This document shows positions 23,815 to 37,645 of a DNA stretch of 64,000 bases, piece by piece. Each line of letters starts with the position of its first letter. The first letter of the stretch is position 1. The stretch is from Phyllosticta citribraziliensis (taxonomy: Eukaryota). The translations under genes were made by a program, and so were the position numbers. The notes beneath the pieces were generated by a model, which saw only the letters and a program-made list of their open reading frames with translations, had not been told where the DNA came from and did not search any database. The stretch is from contig NW_027117346.1 of assembly GCF_038025025.1 (NCBI RefSeq), positions 620,001-684,000 on the forward strand, read 5' to 3'.

Positions 23815-26800
23815 CTACACCGCTTGCACCTTTCTGTAACTCGGAGGCCTCAACGTGCGGCCCAGCAGCTTGCCCGCATACGGCGGGACCAGAGCGATCG
23901 CCAGGACTACGAGCGCGCGCCACAAATACCCAACGCTGACCATGTACTTGAGATCGAAGTAGTCGCCCAAGAAGGGCACGCTGCCAATATAAATCGCAGC
24001 GGTACCAAGAATGGAGAAAATCATGACCGGATGCCACGTGGTGATTTCGGCGGCAACCATGGCGAGTTCGTTGAGGACGAGCACCGTAAACGACACTGCG
24101 ACCATTTTGGAAAAGTCGTCGAGGCCGACGAGAATCTGCGAGAGGCCCTGGATCATCGAGCCCTGGTAGATGGACACGAGCACCCAGATGAAGAAGGTGC
24201 GGTACGACAGCGAGCGGCCCGTCGTCAGCTCCTTGTAGAGCTCCGGGTACAAATTTGCCAGCGACTCGTCGACGTCGCGGTCGAGCACCAGGCTGAAGAC
24301 GGGCATCATCGTGTACAGCGTTGCGTAGCCGACGAGCAACCAGTCGCGGTAGAGCGCTATCGGCTCGAATTTGCTCGCGATGCTGTATATGGTTTGGCAG
24401 ACGGAGATGATCAGGCCGCGGTGGATGACGAATTGTGCCAGTTTGGCAGACCGCTTGTAGCTGTTGCGGCCGTGCCACACCAGGAGCTTGGTCAGATAGC
24501 AGAATTGCTCAATCGAAAAGTCGGCGGCGAGCGAGGCCTGTCGTCCTTCTTTGCCCACGATTCCCACACCCACGTCGGCTGCCTGGATCATGGAGACGTC
24601 GTTGCCACCGTCACCGATGCAGCAGATGCGCTTTTTGGTATAGGACCGGATCAGTTTGGCAACGTCGGCCTTTTGCGTTGGCGAGCAACGACAAGCCACG
24701 ACTGTGGGAAGATTGACTGCAATGGAAATAAAGGCCTGGCGATAGTGAGTGAGCATGAGGGCAAGAGACTCGCCGTCGATCAAGAGGCAGGCATCTGGCT
24801 TGCCGCGGAGAAAGTCGAGCGAGTCGTTGGCGAGATCTTTCCGTTTGACTGCCCAGTTGTTAGTGATCCCGTCTCTCTTCAATATTAGATAGACCTACGC
24901 TTCGCAATGGTGTGCACATATTGACCCCGAGCAACAAGCTTTGAGCTGACCGCAACACAGCGAGCCGTCTCAACTTTGTCTCCTGTCAACATCCAAATCT
25001 TGACGCCAGCATTTCGAAGCAACTCGAGCGAGGGCTTCACGTCACGCTGAAGCTTGTCCTCGACACCAGTGACGCCAAGCAGCTCCAAGTCGTGCTCGAG
25101 GAAGTTCTTGACGACGTTTGCCATTGATCCGTCACGTCCATGGAGGGAGACTGATGCTTCATGAAACCGCTGGGTGAAGTCGCTGTACTGTTGCGGGGAG
25201 AGCTTCTTGCGGCCGACTACCAAAGTGCGAAGGCCCTCTCTTGCCATGTTGGCAGTCTCCTCGTCCAACCAGTCATTGGCAGCAACAATTGAAGTCATCA
25301 CAGTATCGGCTCCTTTCTGATAGAACCAAATCTCCCCATTGTCGACAGGATTGCTGTCGCTGCCCTGGAAGAATTTGACGACGATACCCATGCGCTTGCC
25401 CTCGGACGTGAATGGGAAGATGTTGAGAATCTGCACACGTACAACCGTCTTACCAGAATCGACGGACTGGAGGGTAATGCTATGGCGATCGCGCTGTAGA
25501 AGCCGTAGGCCAATTAGTTCAGTCCACCTGACTATGGCAATTTCGTCAGGAGACGAGGCCTGGTAGGTGGTGACCACTTCGTCATTCACCTCTTCTGTGG
25601 TCGGCGTGACGTTGTGACAAAGTGCGAGAGCCAAGACGACGTCTCGCACGCGGAATCCAATCTCTCTGCGCGTTCTTGTCGCTGTGGTAGCTGGCGCGGT
25701 GTACGCAGAAGGCGTTACGAGTGTAGACCCCTCTGATCCTTCTGCGGGAGATGAAAATGCCTGGTTGACATAGGTCGAGACTTCGTCCATAGCCTCGTTG
25801 GCGTAAGACACTGTGCCAACGTGAATCTTCTTCATCTCCATCTCTTTGGAATGTTAGCTCATGATGTTGGGTTTGGTCAGGTGCACCTACCATTCTGCGT
25901 CAGGGTTCCCGTCTTGTCGCTGAGCAGATACTCAATACGCCCAAGATCTTCCGGTATGGTGCTTGTCCGCACCACGGTTCCTGGGATATCCTGATCTCTT
26001 TCTATGAACCACGCATACACCGATTTACCCATGTCGAGGTTGACACGAAGGGATATTGGCACAATGGTCGAGAACAAAATGAGAAAGCGCATGACCGACA
26101 CGTACCAGGGTCTGCCTTTGTGCGAATCAAACCCCTCGAAGGCGACCAGAACAAATGATAGGGCAAGGGTAAGGAAGCAGAGAATTTTGGTCAAAGAGTT
26201 GATCTCGACCTCCAAGAGGCCGGTTTTAGACCTGGATGGCGACGTGGACATGGCCGCACGGGTTTGTGGGCCGGTATATATGACGACACCGAGGACAGTC
26301 GAACTAGAAGCCAGGACCGTGTTTGCCCAAGCTGTGTTGTCGATATTCAGAGGCGCAGATTTTGTCTCTTCGGATGTGGAGGGTCCGTCGTCATGAGGAT
26401 CATAGCCGCGTCTCGGCTTTGGCAACAGTTCAACAGTTCCGACAAAATCATTGACTTTCTTGTCGGGCTTTCCGGCAGTCACTCGAAGTCGAGTAAACTC
26501 AGACATATCCAAAGCCTGTGTCAGGGGCGACGCGAGACGGAGCTTCCAATCCGTCTCGCCGTCAAGCTGGTCAGTTCGAATGAAGGCCTCGCCAGAAGAG
26601 TCGTTGCTAGATGCTGGCTTGTCCTTGTGCGCAGCCATAGCTTCGTGATCACGGCCATCCGTTGACTCCGTCTCGATCAGATTCTCCTGCTGATTTGATG
26701 GAAGCTCTGGGGCGTCATGCTCCTTGACGGCCTTGTCACTGACGTAAGTGGACAGGATGACCACATCAGCAGGTATTCTCTGGTCCTTGCTCAGTTTCAA

Positions 26801-27829
26801 CACATCCCCAACTTTTAAATCCTTTGACGGCTTCACTGCCTCAGAAACAGAAGCTGTTGGCCTATCGGGACCATCCATGTTTTCCTCTTCCTCCTCAATA
26901 TCGGAGATTCGGCGGCTGCCACTTGGTCTTGTGCTTCTTCTTCTTCCCTTTCTGAGCAATCCTGAGCGTTGACTGGTTTCTCTTGAAGAGCCGGACCCAG
27001 CGCTCGGGTCATCGAACCGCAGAACTGTGTAGCTTTCCGAGTTGGCCTCGGCATCCCGGCGCCGCCGATGGATATCATCAATCGCCTCTTTTCCCAACGT
27101 GATGCTCATAACAAACGCCAAAGGTGCAACGTAAGTGGACAGGTAGCCGATCCGCAGTGCTGGTATGACTTGAGAAAGAGCAACGAGCAAAAAGTACAGG
27201 TTCATAAAGTAGGAGAATTCGTTGTACAGAGTCCGAGGCAAAAAGCTCCAGGGGGTATATTTGGCATTGGAAACGCTATTCGCAGGAAATCGTGAGGATT
27301 GGGGCTGACCAACAGCTATTGTTCGATTAGAGGCAGGATCATGGTCGTCTGTCTCGGCGGGTTCGGCCGGCTCCTCGGGAGGTGTCAGAGGTCTTTCGCC
27401 GGATATGAAGCTTGGAAGTCTGATATGTGAGCCTAGTCGAGCCATCCGGCTTTGCGGTTTTGCTCTCCTGTTGCCAGAGCCGTTTGGTAGCAAGGGTGCG
27501 TCATCGTCGCCAACCGTGCCAAAACTACCAACACTGCCCGAGGCTGAGTGGCGCTTGTGGTCTTCCTCGTCGTTCACCAGACCACGCAAGGACTCAGCAT
27601 CCGGGTCCTTGCTGCGCGAGCTTGCCTGGCCTCGCAAACGACCTATACGCAGATTTCGCAGAGGTATACGCGCTCCCAGCTCGTGAAGCGGTCGGCGCTC
27701 GTCGCGGGAGCCGCGCGTCGGCGGAGACTGTGAGGATTCTATGGGGTCCAGAAGTTCGAGGTCAGAATCGCTGTCATCGACGGGTGAGTCCGGAGCATGC
27801 GGCCGGTGATATTCGTGCGAGGAGGGCAT
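23815..27829 (-). CDS. NEO1: P4-type ATPase phospholipid flippase Neo1 (ATP9 class)
   Basis: Exons 27829-25891, 25843-24899, 24848-23815. Motifs IRTDQLDGETDWKLR, PISLRVNLD, DKTGTLTQN (phospho-Asp), ASSPDE, LTGDK, GDGGNDVSMIQ, PPSYRKV. Confidence 0.97.
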
Positions 27830-28432
27830 GTTGCTGCATCTGGCGGTGGGAGGGAGCGCGGCGGGTGGTCGGACGGCGGCAGGCAGAAGCGGTGAAAGCG
27901 AGAGTCGAAGGGCGAGAGAGGGAATATTTCAGCGCAGAGGGATCCGTTGGTGGAGCGCGGCCGCGTCAAAGGTGCACGTCAAGAGGATGTCGGCGGAGGA
28001 CAAGGGACAGATGGTGCCTCTAGCTGGTGACGGCCAAGGAGGCGGAGGTAGCTGCGGCTAACACCGACCACGTACCGTACCTCACCTTACTACTTGGCCT
28101 TACCGATCTTTGAACCTCGACATTGCACCATGTGCGCTCCCTTCTCGGGCTCTTTCGTCGCCTCGGCTTCCTCCAACTTGTGTTGAACTTGCTGAGCGTC
28201 ATTGTCCGACCTCCCTGCGCGTCGCTCGCCCTCCCGCGCTCGACTTTCGCCTCTTCTCGTACTCGTAGAATCGCCAGGTCGGTGCTTCCGCCCCAACAGC
28301 TCCTCGCCGTCGAACAAGGCTCCGTGCATCCTCGGCCGCCGGTCCGCGTCTCCGCTCTACACTGGACTTTGTCACTGACGAGCTGTAGAGCTATCGCATG
28401 TAGCATTTCCGCGCGCTACAAAATAATTCCTC

Positions 28433-31400
28433 ATGATGGACGCATTCCGACCATCTGGCGACGATCAGAGCCAAAGCGCATCCTGGCACCCGGCTCTGCG
28501 CCCTGATAGCGAGGGCGCCCCTGCGCCTCTCTCCACCTCCCATGTTTCTTCCACCGACTCTCCCATGGACGCGACCAAGGACGGCATGGACTCGAGTACA
28601 ATCGTGGACGACGAGGCGGTTGAGACAGCTCCCCGAACCTCGGAGGATTGCCACCCGTTAAACGACGGTCCCCGGTTTCACATTGAAGAAGATGACGACT
28701 TTTTTGCCCAGAGAAATCATGCCGAAGTGGAACAATTGGTAGCAGAGAGGTTGGATGCAACAACGCCAGTACCAGAGGGCGCTGCTACTCCTCTGGCCCA
28801 GCCGCTAGACCCAACAGACCAGCACCTTACGCATCCGACTCAACAATTTGCCAGTCTGTCTGCCGACGAGTCTAACCTCTCCATGGCCTTGGAACAAGCG
28901 TCGTCGGCCCAGGACGAGCCTGCTGGTATAGATTCGACGCCAGTTGTTGCCCAGGACTCCCAACCTACTCCTGAAATCGAGCACGAGCAGCCAGACATCG
29001 AAACGATAAACACGGAGGCACTGCATCAGACGAACCCTGACGTGGAGGCGACGGAGGATCAAGCACAAGACCAGCACTACGAGCATCAGGGTGAAACCAC
29101 AAAGCTTGAGGAAGCTGTTCAAGAAAGCGCTGCTGCGCCCTTAGCCTCCACGCCCGAGGCTGGCGCGCTGAATTGGGGGGATACCGACGCCGAGTCCAAT
29201 CTGGGGGCTAGTCACAACAACCACATTGCGGACGCTCAGCCCGAGATAGTTGAGAACATGCAAGCGGAGGCCTCCCAGAACGGCTCGGCCGAAGGCAAGC
29301 CGGAGGCAGGGCTAGGTTCGTTTGACGGAGTCGCGGGCCAATTAACAGCTGGGAGCGGAGAGAAAACCCCGAGCGTAAACGGCGCGGCCGAACTGGACTG
29401 GGCAACAACTGGCGATGAAGGGTTCGACATTGGACTATCTCAACGTGCCAGCCCTGATCAGGCCAAAGATGGGCCAACGCTGCCGCAGGAGTCTGTTCTG
29501 GAAGCGCTTAATGCAGACTGGAGCAGTGTCGGGGATGAGAGCTTTCCCGTTGGAGCACAGAAAATTACATCACCTCCAGCGCAGGAATCGAGCGAGGCTA
29601 TTCCGCTGCTTGGTGAGGCTTCGGGGCCAGCGATTTCTTCCCCCGAACCGGCTTTGGACTGGGGAAATGCTGGCGAAGAAGACTTCAGCTCTGTGCTACA
29701 AGCCGAATCCCAAGGGGGCACTGGTGGACACCATGAGGAGACCGAAGTCCCAAGACCGATTGAGGAATCCAGTCAGAGTCAGCTTCACTGGGGAAATGCC
29801 CTTGACGCGGATTTCGATATTGGCACAAACAACACCGATGCGCCAGATGCGCTAGCATCACAGAAGGCTGCTCCCGAAGCAGCGCAAACTCTGGATTGGG
29901 GAAAAATAGATGGTGACGATTTCGGTTTTGACGGAGCGGATGCTTCTGCACAAGACAACCAGGGACATAATGCAGGTAATGACGAACCATCAGCAAGCAA
30001 AGAAACGGAACAGAAACCAAAAGCAGAGAAGGACCTCAGCGACTTGTGGGCTGAAGCACTTGCCGATGACGATCTGGAGGGCACCAGCGCGACAGATCCC
30101 TCAGCTTTCTTCTTGGACGACGACGAAGGCTTTTTGGACGATGCTGTTCCACAACCTGAAAGCGGGACTATTCAAAATGGAAGCATGTCTGGTGTCGCAG
30201 GAGCAGCAACCAAGTGCTCGCCATCGCTACCTCCCCAGCCGGTTACGAATCCCTATGCCCCCGCGGCCTCAAGCTACACAAGCGTGTCTCAACCTTCAGT
30301 TACCGTGCCACAAGCAACACCATATGGGTCTTATCAAAATCAACCCAATCCTGCTCCACAACGGCCTCAGATGCCCAGCTCAGCCCAGAGTTTTGCAGAC
30401 AAATCCAAGGGGGGCTACTCCTCTCCGTACGATCTCCCCGAAGACCTTGCAAAGACAGCAGCACCAAGAAAACGCGTAGTTTACGCCCCATCAGCACCTG
30501 CTGGACAACCGAAAGTTCCACCGCCAAGATCGTCAAGCGTCTACTCAAACACATCATCCTCGGGCCCACAGCCCCCTCCCTCAAATATGACCACGGCAAG
30601 CGCCTCGCCCCCGCTCTCTGGCCAGTCGCCACAGACGTCTACATTTCCTGGCGCAAGCCAAGCTGTTCCACGCCCATCTCTCAGCACCAAGCCAAGTACT
30701 GGTGACTTTTTTGAGGAATTGCCGGCAGTTTCGAAGCCGCGCCCGTCTGGGAGATATACTCCCCAGGTTGTCACACCTACACCTCCCCCTCCATCGTTTC
30801 CACCGGCTCCTCCTACTCGCCAGACTTCCCAGACCTATGCTCCTCCAGTCTCTAATCCCCAACAACTGCAGAGACAGGTATCGGCGACGTCTCAGACCTT
30901 CACGCCTCCCCCACCCAGCCAATTTCAAAGACCGCCGTCTAAACAGTACGCGCCTCCTGCTGCTGCAACTCAATTGCAACCTCCTGAGCGTCTTAATCCC
31001 TTTCCTGATCTTGGGGAATCTTCCCAAAAGCCCCTTCCAGCAGCACCTCAAGTTCCAGTTGCTGCAAGCCGCTACTCGCCAACGCCACCGGTCGCTTCAG
31101 CCCCGGCGAGCAACCGTTACTCACCTGCTCCAGCAGCGGCTGCACCACCATCTAAATACTCTCCGGTGTCCACCTCAGCACCTACCTCAGCACCCTCGGC
31201 CGCTCCAAACCGCTACAGCGCCGAGCCCGCTGGGCCACCCAAGGCTGCGGCGCTCCCATTTGCACCAAGAACCTCCAGTCCCCTGGCTTATCACAGCATG
31301 CCTCACTTGGAGCAGAGCCAGAGACCGCTATCGTCAGGAAGCCGTAGTGGGTCGATCGGCACGCCTCTGGAAGACCAGTTAGGTGGACTTTCAAGGCTTA

Positions 31401-34400
31401 GTCTCGAGCAGGTACGAGAAGTTCCTGAACAAGAGCGAAGATCGGGGACTCCACCTCACTTTGTGGCTTCTCCGGTGGTTTCGCCGCCCAAACATACCAG
31501 CAGCAACTATGCCCCACAACAGCCTCCTGTCATGTCTCCAGGCCAAGTTGCCAGCATGCCGCCTGTTCGTCGGGCGCATTCTCAATCACCGGGTGCGACG
31601 ATGAAGGGGCCTAAGCTTCAGACTGCTCAGATTGAGCGACCGGCCTCAACCAATGGCTTAGCGTCGCCAATCACGTCTACACCGAACTATGTTGCGGCAA
31701 CGCCGAGTTACACAGCACCTAGCGCCGTCAACACATCAAAAACAGCAGCACAACAGCGCCGTCGGCGGACATTCTCTCGAGATCTGAGCTACATCAAGCC
31801 GATCGATCAGACAGCCGAGGACCAGTTGGAGAGATGGAAGGGTGCTCCCATTTTCAAGTGGGGACTTGGTGGCACTGTTCTAACGAGCTTCCCGAAGGCC
31901 ATCCCTCGATACGGAACCGGTGGTACAATGCCAATGGTCAAGTGCACTGCAGGAGAGATCCGCGTCCAGAAGGCCAGCGATATGTGCCCTCTCTGGGACC
32001 CGATTGCCAAATTCCCCGGTCCCCTTAAAGCCAAGGGCAAGAAAAAGGAAATTGTCAATTGGCTCAAGCAGGGAATCGAGACCATGGATAAGGACTACAA
32101 AAGCAAGCTCTTCAACGGGGAGTTGCCATCAGATGTCAGAGTCAGATTGGAGGAAAAGATCTTGCTCTGGAGAATCCTTGAGATATTTGTCGAGCATGAC
32201 GGTCACCTTGAGGGTTCCGATGCGGTGACTCAAGCGGTTCGAAAGGTCCTTTCTTCTGAAGCCCAAGAGGCTGAACCTGAGCTGTCAAGTCCAGTGGATC
32301 TTATGGGCTCAGCCGCAAAGACAGGCTCCGCGGTTGCCGGTGAACCTATTGATCCCCAATCCATCACCATCATTCGCAACCATCTTTACAAAGGCGATCG
32401 CGAAAAAGCTGCTTGGGATGCCGCCGATAAGCGCCTCTGGGGGCATGCGATGCTGATTGCTTCAACATTGAACAAGGACATTTGGAAGCAGGTGGTTCAA
32501 GAGTTTGTGCGCCAGGAAGTACGGCAAGTGGCAGGCAACAATCTGTCTCTTGCAGCCGTGTATGAAATTTTCGCGGGCAACTGGGAAGAAAGCATCGATG
32601 AACTCGTGCCAGCTTCCGCAAGAGCAGGCTTTCAAATGGTTAGCAAAACCGACCGATCTGGAGCGAACACAAATGTCCTTGACGGACTCGACAAATGGCG
32701 AGAGACTCTTCTTCTGGTTGTCGGCAACCGAAGTGATGGAGACACTCAAGCCCTGCTGGCACTTGGCAAGCTGCTAGCTGGATATGGCAGAGTGGAAGCT
32801 GCCCACATTTGCTACCTCTTTGCTAGATCGTCTCTGATCTTGGGAGGAGCGGATGACGCGAGCGCACACGTGGTGCTGCTCGGCGCAGACCACATCAACC
32901 AGCGCTTCGAGTTGGGACGCGACATAGAGCCAATTCTCTTGACCGAGATCTTCGAGTTTGCCGTCACTCTTTCTGCTCCAGCAGCACCTCCGGCCATCCC
33001 GCACCTCCAAGCCTTCAAGTTGATTCATGCTCTCGCTTTGGCTGAGTATGGGCACAAGTATGAAGCCCAGGCTTACTGCGAGGCGATTTCTGCCTCTATG
33101 AAAGCAACGACCCGGATTTCTCCCTACTACAATGTTGCTCTCATCTCAGAGCTTGAGGATCTGATAAAGCGCTTGTCCGAAGCTCCAAAGGACGGGTCTT
33201 CCTCTTGGATTTCCAAGCCATCCATGGGCAAAGTAACAGGAAGCTTGTTCTCGAGCTTCAATCGGTTTGTTGCCGGGGAGGACGATGCGGAGTCCAACGG
33301 GTCGGGGCCCGACGCCAGCCCGTTTGCTAAGGTTGCTGGAGATACCCCATCAGTCAGCAGGTCCCCGTCCGTGGCTGATGTGTACGGCTCCCTGCCCGCT
33401 GGAGGGTCATCGCTTGCACCATCCAATACCGTCGCAGGGTCGAGATATGCTCCGTCAACGAGTCCCTATGCACCTCGGGGTTCTTCTGAGGAGTCGCGTT
33501 CCCGATATGCCCCGTCCCAGTCTCCATATGCGCCAACCAGGCAGTCTACAGAATCCGAGAGGAGACTGGAGATGCCCATGGACGCACTGTTTACCCACCA
33601 AGAGACACCTCCATCTTCCTACAACCCATCGACCATGCACTATCAACCGCAAGCGCCAAAGCAACAAATGCCCTATGCACCCAGTGCGGCAGCTCCCTCC
33701 CAAACTTCTCCAAATCCTCTTGGGAGCCCCTACACACCAACCACGGCTCCTGCCTTCGCTGGATACCAGCCTTTAGCCACTGGGCCGAGTGAGGAGAATC
33801 TTTCCACAAGCAACGGCCATCCCACGAGTGGTGGAGACTTTGGTCCACCACTCACGTCGAGCCAGCCCCAAGCAAATCCTTACGAGCCGCCTGCAACCTC
33901 ATATGAGCCCCCCGCGACTTCCTACGAGCCACCCACTAGTTCTTACGAACCGCCTTCGTATCAGCCGTACGAGCCTGACCCTGAGCCGGAGGAAGACAAT
34001 CAGCCAAAGAAAAAGTCGTTTATGGATGACGACGACGACGAGCTCGAGCGTCGAGCCGCCGCTCTCAAGGCGCAGCAGAAGGCAGAAGCGGATAGACAAG
34101 CCGACGAGGCTTTCCGAAAAGCCGCTGAAGCTGATGGTAAGTATCTGAATTCATGATCCTTGGTGTATTAGTTTGAAGAATACCGCTGACACTTGGATCA
34201 CAGCTCAAAAAGGCCCTTCGTCAAAGAAGTCAAGTTCCTGGCTTGGTGGGTGGTTTAGCAAGAAAGCCGACGATTCTCCAAAGCCGATTCGCGCCAAACT
34301 AGGCGAGGAGAATTCTTTCTACTACGACACGGATCTCAAGAAATGGGTCAACAAAAAGGGCAACCCAGCAGATCAAGCTGCCAAACCTGCCGGCACACCT

Positions 34401-34817
34401 CCGCCTCCGCGTGCCGGGCCACCTGGCGCTGGTCTGCGCAGTGCAGCGAGCGCCATGAACCTCGGTGGCGGACCGCCAAAGGGCGCACCAACGCCGCCAC
34501 TGCCCGCGATGGGTGGCTCTGCGTCCACAGGAGCTTCACCCAATCCTGGACTCGGGCAACGCAGTACCAGCATGCCACCGCCTATGGGTGTGCCTTCAAA
34601 TGCTGGGTCGCGTACTGGTAGCCCTGCACCGCCTGTTCCAGGTGTTGCGCCCAGCGCATCGGGCACGCCCAGCCTTGGAGGGCCCCCAAGTCGCCCGCCG
34701 ACCAGCATGTCGAATGCTAGTAGCATCGATGACTTGCTGGGGGTTCCAGCGCCTAGAAAGGGCGCCGCCAGGAAAAAGGGCAAAGCTGGCAGATATGTCG
34801 ATGTGATGGCTAAATGA
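28433..34817 (+). CDS. SEC16: COPII coat assembly protein Sec16
   Basis: 1907-aa ORF, intron 34137-34203, last exon to 34817. Central conserved domain ([46 protein letters not shown]) and C-terminal [24 protein letters not shown]...SIDDLL...RYVDVM. Confidence 0.96.
33878..33976 (+). repeat. Degenerate 21-bp repeat encoding YEPP motifs in Sec16
   Basis: Protein [33 protein letters not shown]. Confidence 0.8.
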
Positions 34818-35577
34818 GGAGGGTAGGTCAAGGTTTTTGGCTTCGCAGTTGGTTCTTCTGGGTATGATGAGACGATGATAAGATGGACCAAGTGCCGACT
34901 GGGCACTTCGCCTTGGAATCTCTGTATAAATAATGCATGTCTCCTTTTGTTGAATAGATAGTTGATTCTTTCGAGCGTTTTCCTGCCGAGCCATTTCCAT
35001 GGTTTCGAGACGCGCACCAAGAGCAGGCTTACTGCAGGATACCTATTGATGTGGGTAGGGAACAGCAAACATGCCTTGATGGCTGCATCTTTTCGCACGG
35101 TACAAATCTCATGCATGGAAAGAACGGTTCGAGGTCGCCGCTCATGCCGCCTCTTCAAGACCAAAAAGCTTAGCAAAAGCTTGGCCAAGCCATATTGAAG
35201 ACACCGATCGATCGAGCGTCGATGCTTGGAACCAGCTCTCCTGCGCCGTTTTGTTTTTCAAACATTGCTTTTCTTTGGTCTCTTTCGGGCTGGACAAATG
35301 ACCAGGCGCCGAACCGTGTCGTGAAGACAACCTGGAGACTTTTTCTTGCGAACGCTCAGCCGTTGTGAAGACCCCGGGCCGCTCCCTCGTACTATTCTCA
35401 AAGCAGCTTCCTATTCAAGTCGTAGCGCCATCTGGCGAGCCGGACCGGTTCCTGGAAAAGTGGCTCCCCCCGTCTTCTTATCGCGGCTTTGTGCCACTCC
35501 AGATGCACCTTGCCTGTCCTGCGCCATCGGCAACTGCCTTTCTATCCGTACCTGATCTGCCCTGCTGTGCCCTGGCA

Positions 35578-35583
35578 TATAAA
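35578..35583 (+). promoter_or_regulatory. Putative TATA box of the carboxypeptidase gene
   Basis: TATAAA about 70 bp upstream of the ATG at 35651, in otherwise GC-rich sequence. Confidence 0.4.
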
Positions 35584-35650
35584 TCGTCATGTCCGGCCGC
35601 ATTCCTGGCTACGCGTCGCCTTGTCCTTGTCATTGTCCCCGATCGCCGCC

Positions 35651-37645
35651 ATGCCGTCTCTCGCCATGATCAAGGCCGCCTTGACCGCCTCGGCATTGCT
35701 GTCGCCTGCGATTGCGCAGTTCGTCTCGCCTCCAAAGAACCTCACCCTGAAGCAAGGAGCGGCCGGCATCAATGTGCGCTACAAGGAGGTGCCAACCGGC
35801 ATCTGCGAGCTCGACCCCAACGTCAAGAGCTTCTCGGGCTACGCAGACGTGGCAGAGGACCAGCACATCTTCTGGTCAGCCTCCAATTCCATGTGTATAC
35901 GACCAAGCTAACCGGGTACCAGGTGGTTCTTCGAGGCGCGCAATCAAGATCCGACTACTGCTCCGCTGACCGTCTGGATCAACGGCGGCCCTGGCTCATC
36001 GTCCATGATTGGTCTTTTCCAAGAAAATGGTCCTTGCGGTATTGATGAGGATGGCAGTCCATACAGCAACCCGTTCTCATGGAACAACGTTTCAAACATG
36101 GTGAGTGACCACGAGTCGGGTTTGAGCCGCATGTCGAGCCGTCCCGCATCGCTGCGGAGCTTAATATTAACCTTAAATACTAACTCGGGTGGTGTTTCAG
36201 CTGTACATTGATCAACCAACTCAAGTCGGCTTTTCGTATTCCGTCCCCTTGCCAGGATATTACTCCAGTCAGGGCGATTTGATTCTGCTGCCAAATAACA
36301 CGTGCCCTGAGTATGCTTCCGAGTGTGGTACCTACTCGAACCCGGATCCCACATTGACGGCCAATGCCACGGATGCTGCGGCGCCGAATTTCTGGAAGAC
36401 TCTGCAGGTATGACATACCAAGTTCTTGATTTCCGAAATGGAATCAACCTGCGCTGGCGACGGTCGGTGCTAACATTACCAAGGGCTTCATGGGAGCTTT
36501 CCCGCAGTACTCAAGGAATGGGTTCCACTTTACCACGGAGAGCTACGGCGGTCACTACGGACCTGTCTTCAACAGTAAGTTGACGGAAGTATGTCGCGGA
36601 AATCTAGTAGACTAACGCTCGTGCAGACTACATTATTGAGCAAAACGCCAAGAACATCACCGATGCCCTACAAATCCAGCTGGAAAGCGTCCTGATTGGC
36701 AACGGATGGTTTGACCCATTGATCCAGTATCAGGCCTACTACAACTTTTCCATCTTTCCTGGCAACACTTACGATTTCAAGCCTTTCAACGACAGCATCT
36801 CCGAAATGTGGTATAATAACCTCTACGGCCCGGGTAACTGCGTCGATAGAATCACCGAATGCTACAGCCAGGGCCTGAATGAGATTTGTAGCCTCGCGGA
36901 CAGCTTCTGTGCCACCGAAGTTGAGTATCTGTACGACATCTACAGCGGACGCGACGAATATGACTTCCGCGAGCTGACCCCGGACCCCTTCCCGTACTCC
37001 TTCTACGTCGACTACCTGAACACGCCCAAGGTACAGGAAGCGATTGGCGCGTACCAAAACTTCAGCGAGTCCAGCGACGCAGTCAGCAACGCCTTCAGCA
37101 CAACGGGCGACGACGGACGCCGCATGAACTCGATCCAAGACGTGCGCAACCTGCTCGACGCGGGCGTCCAGGTCATGATGTACTTTGGCGACGCCGACTA
37201 CAACTGCAACTGGCTCGGCGGCCAAGTGTGCGCCGACGAAATCGCCGCCGCGGGCTACAGCACCGCCGGCTTCACCGACCTCGTCACCTCGGACAACGTG
37301 ACGCACGGCCAGGTCCGCCAGGCCGGCCTGTACTCCTTCGTCCGCATCTACGAGTCCGGCCACGAGGTCCCGTTCTACCAGCCGCTCGCCTCGCTGGCGC
37401 TGCTCGAGCGCGCCCTCGCTGGAAAGGACATTGCTACCGGCGCCACGGACGTCACTGCCGAGTATCTGACGGAGGGACCGCTGACGAGCGATTATCGTGA
37501 GGGCAATGCTACTGTGCAGATGCAGGTGTTGCCGTCGAATGCGACGTACAACACTACGACGAATGCACCAAACCCTACGACACGCAGGGAGAGGCAGAAG
37601 GTGCTTAAGCGCGACGCGAGGAGGTTGTTTAAGCCGAGTTTGTAA
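35651..37645 (+). CDS. Secreted serine carboxypeptidase (family S10, carboxypeptidase S1-like)
   Basis: Signal peptide [23 protein letters not shown]. Motifs [44 protein letters not shown], catalytic [28 protein letters not shown] and [10 protein letters not shown]. Several short introns between 35.87 and 36.63 kb. Confidence 0.95.

Noticed and set aside
23612..24888. 385-aa plus-strand and 288-aa minus-strand ORFs over the last NEO1 exon
   Set aside because: Antisense or alternative-frame shadows of a strongly codon-biased gene.
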